Source: an uncultured Saprospiraceae bacterium (GTDB lineage Bacteria; Bacteroidota; Bacteroidia; Chitinophagales; Saprospiraceae). Taken from it: DNA of 64,000 bases. How positions within the stretch are numbered: the stretch's first letter is position 1; each line of letters starts with the position of its first letter. The stretch covers positions 15,645 through 79,644 of the forward strand of contig CAXHCA010000005.1 in NCBI GenBank assembly GCA_964015035.1, written 5' to 3'. Of this stretch, positions 48,033 to 57,388 are shown piece by piece. The notes beneath the pieces are model-generated. The model saw nothing but the letters and a program-made list of their open reading frames with translations, ran no database searches and was not told the origin of the DNA. A program made the position numbers and the translations under genes.

Positions 48033-48431
48033 AGATCATCGTTTATCACGCAACAAAATTACATGGGGTTTGGTTTGCACCAAATTGGGTAATAACGCTA
48101 TTTCCTGTTTTGAGAAACCTCCCCGGTATAAAATCGGGATCAAACTAAAACGTGAGGCGCAAACAACCACCGGAGGTGGCGATTTGCATTTTTGAATGGT
48201 CTTCTAACCACAAGATTGGTCGAAAACCATCTATTCACGAATTAATTGCCCAACAATCTATCTACTGAGGTGGTTTTGTCTTATTTGGGTTTTTGAAGAT
48301 TAAACCTGTTTTTATTTTATAAAGTGGTTTTTTTATAAAACATTTCTTATATTTTCGCTTTATATACTTAGGGCTTCCTGAGTGGTCTCTTTTGAGCAAG
48401 TTTTAAGCTTCTTTTACGCAACAAAATACAA

Positions 48432-48878
48432 TTGCCTATGCAACTTACCGGTAAGCATACCTTCAGTGCTTCAGCTTCTACTATATGGAAAATGTTGATG
48501 GATGCCGATACCCTCGCAGAGATTACACCGGGCATTACCAGACTGGAACCTACTGGAGAGGACCAATACAAAGCCATTGCCGATGTCAAAATGGGACCGG
48601 TGAAAGGTTCTTTTTCCGGTGATCTGGAAGTGGCCGAAAAAGAAGAACCCAAGCGATTTTTACTCAAAGTAAAACAGAACAGCAAAATTGGTAATGTTGC
48701 TGCTGACGTGAGCATTGAGTTAAATGAACTTTCCGCAGAAGAGACTGAATTATCATTTAGTGGTGATGCTCGCTTGTCGGGGCTACTGGCTCGTACAGGC
48801 AACCGCGTAATGTCGGGGGTAGCCAATACCCTGAGCAAGCAGTTCTTTGAGGCCATGGAAGAGAAAATTAAGCAATAA
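48432..48878 (+). CDS. coxG: CoxG-like SRPBCC family protein
   Basis: 148 aa, collinear with the carbon monoxide dehydrogenase subunit G family (GPVKGSFSGDL block). Lies in the cluster with coxSLM-type genes. Confidence 0.8.
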   Translation: MPMQLTGKHTFSASASTIWKMLMDADTLAEITPGITRLEPTGEDQYKAIADVKMGPVKGSFSGDLEVAEKEEPKRFLLKVKQNSKIGNVAADVSIELNELSAEETELSFSGDARLSGLLARTGNRVMSGVANTLSKQFFEAMEEKIKQ

Positions 48879-48902
48879 ATTTTTGTCACCTTATCAAATA
48901 GA

Positions 48903-49385
48903 TTGAAACTCATGACGATTAAAATTACCCTAACCGTTAATGGGGAAACTCGCAGCCACGAGGTAGAACCAAGGCTTTTGTTGTCGCACTTCCTGCGCGA
49001 CACGCTGGGCCTGACGGGAACCCATATCGGATGCGATACCAGCAATTGTGGGGCCTGTACCGTAATGGTAGATGGCAAAGCCGCAAAATCGTGCACCCTA
49101 TTGGCAGTGCAGGCCGATGGCGCCAACATAACGACCATCGAAGGTCTGGCTCAAAATGGCAACTTACATCCACTTCAAGAAGGATTTAAAGAACAGCATG
49201 GTCTGCAGTGTGGGTTTTGCACGCCTGGCATGATCATGACTGCAGCCGACTTGCTAGATCGCAATCCACATCCGAGTGAAAAGGAAATCCGCGAAGCTTT
49301 GGAGGGCAATTTCTGTCGCTGTACCGGTTATCACAATATTGTGAAAGCCATCCAGCACGCTGCGGAACATGCACAAAGTGTTTAG
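48903..49385 (+). CDS. coxS: [2Fe-2S]-binding small subunit of a xanthine-dehydrogenase/CODH-family molybdoenzyme
   Basis: Cys clusters [11 protein letters not shown] and CGFCTPG...CRCTGY. Confidence 0.9.
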   Translation: MKLMTIKITLTVNGETRSHEVEPRLLLSHFLRDTLGLTGTHIGCDTSNCGACTVMVDGKAAKSCTLLAVQADGANITTIEGLAQNGNLHPLQEGFKEQHGLQCGFCTPGMIMTAADLLDRNPHPSEKEIREALEGNFCRCTGYHNIVKAIQHAAEHAQSV

Positions 49386-49417
49386 CATTTGTAAACTTCT
49401 AAAAAAAAACAACCCTT

Positions 49418-51775
49418 ATGACATTCATAGGAAAATCTGTAAAGCGTGTTGAAGACAAACGCTTTATTACAGGTAAGGGAAATTATACGGATGATATTGT
49501 CCTGCCGGGCATGCTCCACGCCTACATCATTCGTAGTCCTTATGCCCACGCCAATATTCTTAGTATAGATACCTCCGAAGCGACTTCCATGGAAGGAGTC
49601 GTTGCCATTTATACAGGAAAGGATTTGGCCGGCGTCAATGGTGTACCTTGCGGCTGGCAAATCAATTTCAAAAATGGTGATACGATGAAGGAACCTCCTC
49701 ACCCACTGATCGTGGCGGATAAGGTGCGCCATCAGGGAGATTCTGTCGCCATTGTCATTGCTGAAACCCGCGAGCAAGCCCGTGATGCCGCCGATGCCGT
49801 TGAAATTGAGTATGAAGAACTACCGGCAGTCGTCAATGCCAAAGCGGCCACCGAAGCAGGGGCGCCTTTAGTGCATGATGATGCACCCAATAATATATGC
49901 TTTGATTGGGAACTTGGAAACCCCAAAGCAGAAGTGGATGAGGCCATGAATAACGCCCATCACATCACCAAACTGGAGTTTGTCAACCAGCGGGTGATTC
50001 CCAATGCCATCGAGCCGCGGGCGGCGATTGGTAGTTTTGATACCACTAGTGAAAAATATACCCTCTATACTACTTCCCAGAATCCGCACTTGACCCGCCT
50101 GTTGTTGTGTGCTTTTGTTTTGGGCATCCCCGAACACAAAGTACGGGTTGTTGCACCTGATGTTGGGGGTGGGTTTGGCAGTAAAATTTTCCATTATCTG
50201 GAAGAAGCATTAGTGATTTGGTGTTCTCAAAAATTGGGTCAGCCCGTAAAGTGGACGGCCGAACGTAGTGAGAGTTTCATTACTGATGCCCACGGTCGCG
50301 ATCACATCACAAAGGCCGAGATGGGCTTTGATAAGGAAGGCAAAATTGTTGGACTACGCGTCAATACCTTTGCCAATTTAGGGGCCTATCTTTCTACCTT
50401 TGCGCCCGCTGTTCCCACGTGGTTGCATGGCACGCTCTTGCAAGGATTGTATACTACGCCCAAGATTCACATTGATTTGGTGGGCGTTTTTACACATACT
50501 ACAGCTGTTGATGCCTACCGTGGTGCAGGCCGTCCGGAAGCTACATATTTGCTAGAGCGATTACTGGATACCGCAGCGTTGGAAATGAACGTTGATCCTG
50601 CGGAATTGCGATTAAAGAATTTTATACCACCATTTGATGGGGTTAAGGAACCCGGTTACCAAACCCAAGTGGCTCTGCAATACGACAGTGGCAACTACCA
50701 CGGGGTATTGGAGAAGGCGTTGGAAAAGGTAGATTATAAAAATTTCCGTAAGGAACAAGAGGCAGCCCGTAAGGAAGGCCGCTTGCTCGGCATTGGATTT
50801 TCTACTTATATCGAAGCATGTGGTATTGCTCCTTCTGCGGTGGTTGGTGCCCTGGGGGCTCGTGCCGGCTTATACGAATCGGCGCAAGTACGGGTACAGC
50901 CTACGGGTAAGGTCAGTGTCTACTCTGGATCTCACTCACACGGGCAAGGACACGAAACGACTTTTGCACAGGTTGTGGCTGACAAATTTGGCATCCCGAT
51001 GGAGGATGTAGATATTATACATGGCGACTCCGATGCCGTAGCCTTCGGAATGGGAACTTACGGTTCTCGCAGTTTGGCCGTAGGCGGTAGTGCCATCGTT
51101 AAGAGTATCGAGAAGGTCATCGAGAAAGGAAGTAAAATTGCGGCGCACAAATTGGAGGCATCGGTGGATGATCTTGAGTTTGCCAATGGAAAATGGACGG
51201 TGAAAGGAACGGATAAGAGTGTTGGGTTTGGCGATGTGGCGTTGACGGCCTATGTGCCGCACGACTATCCGGAAGGTCTGGAGCCGGGTATGGACTTTGC
51301 CAGTTTCTATGATCCGACCAACTTTACTTATCCCTTCGGGGCACACATTGCTGTGGTAGAAGTAGATAAGGATACCGGAAAAGTGACCTTGAAACGTTTC
51401 ATCGCAGTTGATGATGTGGGAAATGTGATCAATCCGATGATCGTGGACGGGCAGATTCACGGTGGAATTGCGCAAGGCGTTGGGCAGGCTCTGTTTGAAG
51501 GTGCCATTTACGATGAAAACGGCCAGTTGACCAATGGTTCGTACATGGACTACACGATGCCAAGGGCAGATGATTTTCCCTCATTTGAAATAGATCGTCA
51601 GGTGACCCCTTGTCCGCACAATCCACTGGGTGTGAAAGGTGCCGGTGAAGCCGGAACGATTGGCTCTACCCCTGCTGTAGTGAATGCGGTAATGGATGCT
51701 TTGTCTCCATTTGGGATAAAAGACATTCAAATGCCGTTGACTTCTGAGCGGGTGTGGAGAGCGATGAATGAATAA
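49418..51775 (+). CDS. coxL: Molybdopterin-binding large subunit, form-II CoxL-type
   Basis: 785 aa. Active-site loop AYRGAGR at 50513-50533 (form II signature, not the VAYRCSFR of bona fide CO dehydrogenases). Confidence 0.9.
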   Translation: MTFIGKSVKRVEDKRFITGKGNYTDDIVLPGMLHAYIIRSPYAHANILSIDTSEATSMEGVVAIYTGKDLAGVNGVPCGWQINFKNGDTMKEPPHPLIVADKVRHQGDSVAIVIAETREQARDAADAVEIEYEELPAVVNAKAATEAGAPLVHDDAPNNICFDWELGNPKAEVDEAMNNAHHITKLEFVNQRVIPNAIEPRAAIGSFDTTSEKYTLYTTSQNPHLTRLLLCAFVLGIPEHKVRVVAPDVGGGFGSKIFHYLEEALVIWCSQKLGQPVKWTAERSESFITDAHGRDHITKAEMGFDKEGKIVGLRVNTFANLGAYLSTFAPAVPTWLHGTLLQGLYTTPKIHIDLVGVFTHTTAVDAYRGAGRPEATYLLERLLDTAALEMNVDPAELRLKNFIPPFDGVKEPGYQTQVALQYDSGNYHGVLEKALEKVDYKNFRKEQEAARKEGRLLGIGFSTYIEACGIAPSAVVGALGARAGLYESAQVRVQPTGKVSVYSGSHSHGQGHETTFAQVVADKFGIPMEDVDIIHGDSDAVAFGMGTYGSRSLAVGGSAIVKSIEKVIEKGSKIAAHKLEASVDDLEFANGKWTVKGTDKSVGFGDVALTAYVPHDYPEGLEPGMDFASFYDPTNFTYPFGAHIAVVEVDKDTGKVTLKRFIAVDDVGNVINPMIVDGQIHGGIAQGVGQALFEGAIYDENGQLTNGSYMDYTMPRADDFPSFEIDRQVTPCPHNPLGVKGAGEAGTIGSTPAVVNAVMDALSPFGIKDIQMPLTSERVWRAMNE

Positions 51776-51825
51776 AATGGTTTGCTTTTGATGACCATTT
51801 ACTCAAAAATTTAAAATCTAAAAAA

Positions 51826-52680
51826 ATGATTCCAGCTGAATTCTCATATCACCGGGCAAACTCTGTGGATGAAGTTATTTCCCTGCTCTCGGAGCACGGC
51901 GATGACGCCAAATTGCTGTCAGGTGGCCACAGTTTGATTCCAGCCATGAAAATGCGTCTGAACCAGCCCGGCATGTTGATCGATATCGGAAGATTATCCG
52001 AATTACAAGGCATCAAACACGAAAAGGATATGCTTGTGATTGGTGCTAATACGACTCATGGAGCCATTGCTCACTCCAAAACGGTGCAGCAACAATTGCC
52101 AATTTTGGCGGAAGCCGCTGAACTAATTGGCGACGTGCAAGTGCGCAACCGGGGGACTATTGGCGGAAGCCTAGCCCATGCCGATCCATCTGCCGATTGG
52201 CCAGCCGTCATGATTGCAACCAATGCTTCGATTGTCCTCAAAGGCCCTGATGGCGAGCGTACTATTGCGGCCGAGGATTTTTTCACCGGCTTCTACATGA
52301 CCGAGCTGGCGGAAAATGAAATCATCACCCACATTGAGGTGCCGGTAGCCGGTAAAAATACGAAGACCAGCTACCAGAAATTTATGCAACCCGCTTCCCG
52401 TTTTGCCATTGTAGGTTGTGCGGTGGTACTGACCAGTTCGGGTGGCCAATGTGAGGATGTTCGGGTAGCCTTCACCGGTGTTTCTGATGGCGCATTTAGG
52501 GATAAAGGTGTTGAAGCAGCCTTGAAGGGGAAAGCCCTCAATGCAGAAAATATCGAGGCCGCAGCGGCAAAAGCTGCAGCGGGAATGAGCATTTTGAGCG
52601 ATCATTTCGCCTCCGAAGAATATCGTCAGCATCTAGCACGGGTTTATGCCAAAAGGGCATTAACCGCTACTGCTGGGTAG
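51826..52680 (+). CDS. coxM: FAD-binding medium subunit (CoxM-type)
   Basis: Blocks GGHSLIP and GTIGGSLAHADP. 284 aa. Confidence 0.9.
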   Translation: MIPAEFSYHRANSVDEVISLLSEHGDDAKLLSGGHSLIPAMKMRLNQPGMLIDIGRLSELQGIKHEKDMLVIGANTTHGAIAHSKTVQQQLPILAEAAELIGDVQVRNRGTIGGSLAHADPSADWPAVMIATNASIVLKGPDGERTIAAEDFFTGFYMTELAENEIITHIEVPVAGKNTKTSYQKFMQPASRFAIVGCAVVLTSSGGQCEDVRVAFTGVSDGAFRDKGVEAALKGKALNAENIEAAAAKAAAGMSILSDHFASEEYRQHLARVYAKRALTATAG

Positions 52681-52746
52681 TTATTGAGCTACTTAGACCA
52701 ATCTCGTGATTGGTGTAAGTACTGTTATTATTAGGAAATGATTTGA

Positions 52747-52788
52747 AATTTGGGTTCGGAATGATCTGTTTCGGACCCAAATTGTTTT
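52747..52788 (+). terminator. Probable intrinsic terminator after coxM
   Basis: Stem aatttgggttcg/cggacccaaatt (with wobble pairs) followed by gtttt. Confidence 0.45.
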
Positions 52789-52798
52789 ACTTAGCACT

Positions 52799-53701
52799 AT
52801 GATCCAGAATAAAGAACTCAATAAGATACAGCAACTACTGGAAGCGCAGGGTTATATCACCGAATCTTCGATTGTGATGTCCATTTTTCTGGCTAAGACT
52901 TTGCAAAAGCCACTGCTGATTGAAGGCCCGGCGGGAGTAGGAAAGACAGAGATTGCCAAGGTGATGGCCCGTGCCTTGGATACCGACTTGATTCGCTTGC
53001 AGTGTTATGAAGGACTAGATGCGACCCATGCACTCTACGAGTGGAATTATCAGCAGCAATTGCTGCATCTAAAAATGGAAGAACAGACTTCGAAAAGTGT
53101 AGAAGAGAAAGAAAAGACCATTTTTAGTGATAAATTCTTGCTCAAGCGGCCGTTATTGCAAGCCATTACCCACCACAAAGCGCCGGTGTTACTCATTGAC
53201 GAAATTGACCGTTCGGATGAGGAGTTTGAAAGCTTTTTTTTGGAAGTACTCTCTGATTGGCAAATCAGTATTCCGGAAATCGGTACGATCAAAGCGACCC
53301 ATATCCCTCAAGTGATTGTTACCAGTAATCGCGTGCGGGAATTATCCGAAGCCCTGCGGCGGCGGTGTTTGTATTTATGGATTGATTATCCCACTTTTGA
53401 AAAGGAATTGCAAATTGTACTAAGTAAAGTGCCTGGCGTAGATCAACGGTTGGGGACTCAAATTTGTGCTTTTATGGTTGAATTGCGGCAGATGAAATTG
53501 GAAAAAGTACCCGGCGTAGCTGAAACCCTGGATTGGGCTCAAGCTCTTGCTGCGCTACACATAGACCATCTTGATAAGGAAATTGTAGCATCCACCCTCG
53601 GTATCATCCTCAAAGACTGGCAGGATGTGCGACAAGCGCAGTTGTCACTGACCGAATTATTTGAAAAAGTAGGGGCCATCTCCAAATTTGAGAATCTTTA
53701 A
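52799..53701 (+). CDS. MoxR-family AAA+ ATPase (CoxD-like)
   Basis: Walker A GPAGVGKT and Walker B LLIDEID. 300 aa. Confidence 0.85.
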   Translation: MIQNKELNKIQQLLEAQGYITESSIVMSIFLAKTLQKPLLIEGPAGVGKTEIAKVMARALDTDLIRLQCYEGLDATHALYEWNYQQQLLHLKMEEQTSKSVEEKEKTIFSDKFLLKRPLLQAITHHKAPVLLIDEIDRSDEEFESFFLEVLSDWQISIPEIGTIKATHIPQVIVTSNRVRELSEALRRRCLYLWIDYPTFEKELQIVLSKVPGVDQRLGTQICAFMVELRQMKLEKVPGVAETLDWAQALAALHIDHLDKEIVASTLGIILKDWQDVRQAQLSLTELFEKVGAISKFENL

Positions 53702-54060
53702 TCCTCCCCCCCATGTTTCTTCCATCCCCAGCGTTCCTTCCATTTATTCTTAAACGCTGCGCGTTCCTCCTCGCTCATGTTCATCCATTTTTCTTTCCAA
53801 ATTTTCTTTTTAGCGTGTATGGGATGGGTTCCCCGGGGGCCAAAACGGAAACCGCCGAAAAGGATACGAGATAAAATAAGTAGTCCGACGGCTTGCCAAA
53901 AGGTCAGGGGGTTAACGCCAACCACTTCCGGCAAGATAGCATTCCAGAGTGACATCACTATAAAGCCAAAAAGGGCCCCAAATGCCACTCCAACGACCAG
54001 AAAGAATAAGACTTTGTCGGGGCGGAATTTTCTTTGGTGATGCATTTTATTGGGAAACAT
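53698..54060 (-). CDS. Small two-TM membrane protein with Lys/Trp-rich C-terminal tail (possible anti-sigma partner)
   Basis: Lies 11 nt downstream of the ECF sigma gene on the same strand. Two hydrophobic helices, then a tail KKKIWKEKWMNMSEEERAAFKNKWKERWGWKK. Start placed at the Met at 54060. Confidence 0.5.
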   Translation of the reverse strand: MFPNKMHHQRKFRPDKVLFFLVVGVAFGALFGFIVMSLWNAILPEVVGVNPLTFWQAVGLLILSRILFGGFRFGPRGTHPIHAKKKIWKEKWMNMSEEERAAFKNKWKERWGWKKHGGED

Positions 54061-54071
54061 AACGTTTTGTT

Positions 54072-54635
54072 TTACGATTCTAAAAATTCGAGGTACAACC
54101 ATTGCAATTGCTTGCGCAGGTGCTGTACGGCATAACGCTTACGCGAAATCAGGGTTTTGATGTTTTCGCCGGTGCGATCTGCAATTTCCTGGAAGGTTTG
54201 ATCTTCCAATTCATTCCAGACAAAGACCTGGCGTTGGGCTTCCGGCAGTTCTTCCAAGGCGGCAAAAAGCTCTTCCCAGAATAACTCTTTCAGGTTTTCC
54301 ATTTCCGGGTCTTGGCTGTCGGCCAACAGGATTTCTCTAAACAAAAGATCGCCTTCCTCGTCTTCGTAGGCATAATCCTCCAAAAGGTCGGGTTTTCGTT
54401 TTCGATAGCTATCGGTCACCTTATTGCGCGCTACCCGAAACAACCAACCGCTAACCTGTTCGATCGGTTCGGCGTCAATGACTTTGCTGAACTGGTACCA
54501 CACCTCTTGTAGGATATCCTCTGCATCGGCCTGCGTCGACACCCTGCCGCGGATAAACCGGGACAGCCGCTGGCCATATTCTCTCATGGCACCTACAACC
54601 GTTTTATCACGCTGTGTGGTCATTGGTGTTGACAT
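54072..54635 (-). CDS. ECF-type RNA polymerase sigma factor
   Basis: Region 2 (DILQEVWYQF...WLFRVARNKVTDSYRKRK) and region 4 (QTFQEIADRTGENIKTLISRKRYAVQHL). Confidence 0.85.
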   Translation of the reverse strand: MSTPMTTQRDKTVVGAMREYGQRLSRFIRGRVSTQADAEDILQEVWYQFSKVIDAEPIEQVSGWLFRVARNKVTDSYRKRKPDLLEDYAYEDEEGDLLFREILLADSQDPEMENLKELFWEELFAALEELPEAQRQVFVWNELEDQTFQEIADRTGENIKTLISRKRYAVQHLRKQLQWLYLEFLES

Positions 54636-54723
54636 ATTAATCCTTTGTCAGGAAGACGATTGTTTCCGAAAATTACTTTAGAAAGCTACAACTTTTTTGT
54701 AAAAAAATGCGATCTATGAAAAA

Positions 54724-55305
54724 ATGATTGGTATGAACCCTATCGAAGAAGCTAGAAACTGTAACATTTGTGCCCAATATTTGCCGCACGGCACCAATCC
54801 TGTTTTTACCGTGCATCCGGCTGCGAAAATACTGATCATTGGGCAGGCACCGGGACGTAAGGTTCACGAAAGTGGGATTCCCTGGGATGATGCCAGTGGC
54901 AAACGCCTACGCCATTGGCTGGGGGTAGATGAAGCAACGTTCTACAATCCGGCAGACTTTTCGATTCTGCCGATGGGTTTTTGTTATCCCGGTACCGGTA
55001 AATCCGGTGACCTGCCGCCTCGACCGGAATGTGCGCCGCAGTGGCATGAAGTGTTGATCAAAATGATGCCAGGTATTCGACTAACGCTTTTATTTGGGCA
55101 ATATGCACAGGCTCGCTATCTCGGAGAGCACCGCCGTAAAAACCTGACGGAGACGGTGAGAAATTGGCAGGAGTTTGTGCCTGATTATTTGCCTTTGCCG
55201 CATCCTTCTCCGCGCAATCAGATTTGGGAGCGGAGAAATCCCTGGTTTGCGGTGGAGGTATTGCCTTATTTGCGGCGGGTGGTTGAAGAGGCATTGGCGG
55301 GTTAA
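54724..55305 (+). CDS. Uracil-DNA glycosylase superfamily protein (family 4/5-like)
   Basis: Motif A GQAPG and motif B HPSPRN. 193 aa. Confidence 0.8.
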   Translation: MIGMNPIEEARNCNICAQYLPHGTNPVFTVHPAAKILIIGQAPGRKVHESGIPWDDASGKRLRHWLGVDEATFYNPADFSILPMGFCYPGTGKSGDLPPRPECAPQWHEVLIKMMPGIRLTLLFGQYAQARYLGEHRRKNLTETVRNWQEFVPDYLPLPHPSPRNQIWERRNPWFAVEVLPYLRRVVEEALAG

Positions 55306-55323
55306 AGAGGCTGAGGGTTATCA

Positions 55324-55492
55324 GAGCATATTTGGAGGTAATCACTCAGTTCCGGTAAAACCGGGGTTTTGGAATCTCACTTCGGCTATTTTTTTATCCG
55401 TCTCGGCTGAGCCGAGATGCATTTCAAAAAACGCCTTGTTTGCCAAAAAAAATGATGCTTGTCGCCAGCAAATCCGACCTCCAAACATGCTC
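55324..55492 (+). mobile_element. MITE family A, copy 3 (169 bp, most divergent)
   Basis: TIRs gagcatatttggaggta / gacctccaaacatgctc. Perfect TCA duplications at 55321-55323 and 55493-55495. Shares the ccggtaaaaccggg and tctcggctgagccgaga hairpins. Confidence 0.7.
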
Positions 55493-55588
55493 TCAGGCAC
55501 AAGGTATCTCAACCTTAGATTGGGAAAATCGAGACCTTGACAAGGCAAATTTTTCGATCTTTAAACAAAGGTTTGATATTGAAAACTA

Positions 55589-55720
55589 GAGCGGCTTTTG
55601 TTTTTCGATAGCTGCCGCGTAAGCGGGCTGGAGGGCCACCTGATAAGGTGGGTATCGGTTGAGCCGATACGGAGCAAAGCGAACCCCGGAAGCACGCGAC
55701 CCGCAGGGATACGCCCAAAA
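55589..55720 (+). repeat. Repeat family B, copy 2 (~132 bp)
   Basis: Collinear with 37461-37609. Ends directly at the stop codon of the flippase gene (55721). Confidence 0.55.
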
Positions 55721-57205
55721 TCACTTCTTTGAAATTACGGCTTTGATGTTTTTCCATTCTAGCCATCCAATGATGCCTAAATAACCTGCCATCAACCCCG
55801 TGTTGATCAATAAAACTTGCCACAATATTTGCGGACGAACCCATAAACTAAGGGCATAAATGGCGAGTGCCAAGACGATGTAAAAGACCATCTTGTGGAT
55901 GGGGTAGGGTACGGGATAATACCGCTGACCGATGAGGTAGCTGCTGATCGTCATAAAACCAAAACAGGCCACCGCGGCCCAGGCAGCACCGAGATAGCCG
56001 ATGCGAGGAATCAGCAGGTAGTTGAGAACCAATACGATAATGGCCCCGCCGGTAGAGATGTAGGCGCCAAATTTGGTTTGATCGGTGAGCTTGTACCAGA
56101 TGGAAAAGCTGTAATAAATGCCCAGAAACAAATAGGCCAACAGGAGCAACGGGACGATATTTAATCCACTGCGGAAAGAGGGCGCAATGAGGTATTGGAT
56201 CAAATCGAGATAGAGCAGGATGCCGAGCATGGCCATGCTACCGACCAGTGCAAATGCCTGCCCAACGCGTGCATAAATCAATGGCGAATCAGCCCGGTCG
56301 GAGTGGCGGAAGAAGAAGGGCTCGGCAGCAAATTTGAAGGCCTGAGTAAAGAGATTCATCAATACTGCAATCTTAATGCAGGCATTGTAAATGCCGAGTT
56401 GTACCAGATTTTCTTCCAAGGTGCCGGGCAACCATTCTTTGAGCAGGTAACGATCGGCCAACTGGCTGAACATGCCGGTGATGCCGACAATAACCAAGGG
56501 GAAAGCATAGCGGAACATACGCCGCCATAAAGCCGGATCGAAGCGTAGTTTGATGCGGAAATAGGTGGGCAGTAGCAAGATCAACGTAACACCGCTGGCA
56601 ATGAGATTGGCGATAAAAACATAGTCGAGCTTGCGAGCAGGATCGTAGAGTGCTGCAAAATTGGCATGACCCTGATCGATTAAATACGGGCATAATTCCA
56701 GGAAAAAGAGCAACATGCCCGCATTCACCAGGATATTGATCACCTTCAAAAAGGCAAAACGCAAGGGCCGATTTTCCAGCCGCAGCCGCGCAAACGGAAT
56801 GGCGACCAAGACGTCAAAGGCAATGATAAACGCAAAAAAGACCACGTAAATGCGATCTTCTGCGGTGGTGAGAATGGCCGCGATGTCGGAAGCAAAGAAC
56901 AGCAGTAGCAACACAAACCCTGCGGTACTAATCAGTAAGGAAACAGAGGCTGTAGAAAAGGCATTGGGCCGATCTTCATTGCGGTGACCAAAGCGAAAAA
57001 AGGCCGTTTCCATGCCATAAGTCAGCAAGACCAGGAGCAGCGCCGAAAAAGCGTACATCAGTCCGTGAATGCCGTATTCTCCTTGGTCATCGGCAAATAC
57101 TCGGGTGAGATAAGGCGTAACAATAATATAGTTGAGCAACCGGTTGAGGATGTTACTCACGCCATAAATGGCTGTTTCCTTGGCTAAACTCCTGATTAGC
57201 GACAT
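55721..57205 (-). CDS. Polysaccharide/oligosaccharide flippase (MOP/Wzx family)
   Basis: 494 aa, hydrophobic throughout (about 12-14 TM segments), Wzx-like N-terminus. Confidence 0.8.
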   Translation of the reverse strand: MSLIRSLAKETAIYGVSNILNRLLNYIIVTPYLTRVFADDQGEYGIHGLMYAFSALLLVLLTYGMETAFFRFGHRNEDRPNAFSTASVSLLISTAGFVLLLLFFASDIAAILTTAEDRIYVVFFAFIIAFDVLVAIPFARLRLENRPLRFAFLKVINILVNAGMLLFFLELCPYLIDQGHANFAALYDPARKLDYVFIANLIASGVTLILLLPTYFRIKLRFDPALWRRMFRYAFPLVIVGITGMFSQLADRYLLKEWLPGTLEENLVQLGIYNACIKIAVLMNLFTQAFKFAAEPFFFRHSDRADSPLIYARVGQAFALVGSMAMLGILLYLDLIQYLIAPSFRSGLNIVPLLLLAYLFLGIYYSFSIWYKLTDQTKFGAYISTGGAIIVLVLNYLLIPRIGYLGAAWAAVACFGFMTISSYLIGQRYYPVPYPIHKMVFYIVLALAIYALSLWVRPQILWQVLLINTGLMAGYLGIIGWLEWKNIKAVISKK

Positions 57206-57388
57206 TTTCGATAGTGTTAAACCGAATCAATAAGCTAAATTCGGGCAAAAGTGCCATAAAGCTGACAAAAATTTTATGCCTCACCAAATTAGTGCTAATT
57301 TGGCGAAAATTTTTTTGTTAATCACGCACGAAAAGAGCATCGACTTCGCTTGAAATAGGGTGCATTACTTTGGGAAAACCAACGAATT

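Noticed and set aside
48033-48431. Looked for a preQ1 riboswitch upstream of queD, and noted a hairpin (ccccggtataaaatcgggat ... ccggaggtgg) resembling the MITE-A interior
   Set aside because: No preQ1-I/II consensus (no CCC...UAAAAAACUA-type tail) on the queD strand. The similarity to the MITE is limited to one short hairpin with the end motifs in the wrong relative orientation.
48368-49138. 256-aa minus-strand ORF across coxG/coxS
   Set aside because: It is antisense to two genes with strong family signatures ([2Fe-2S] Cys clusters). The product is Ser/Pro/Arg-rich, typical of a shadow ORF.
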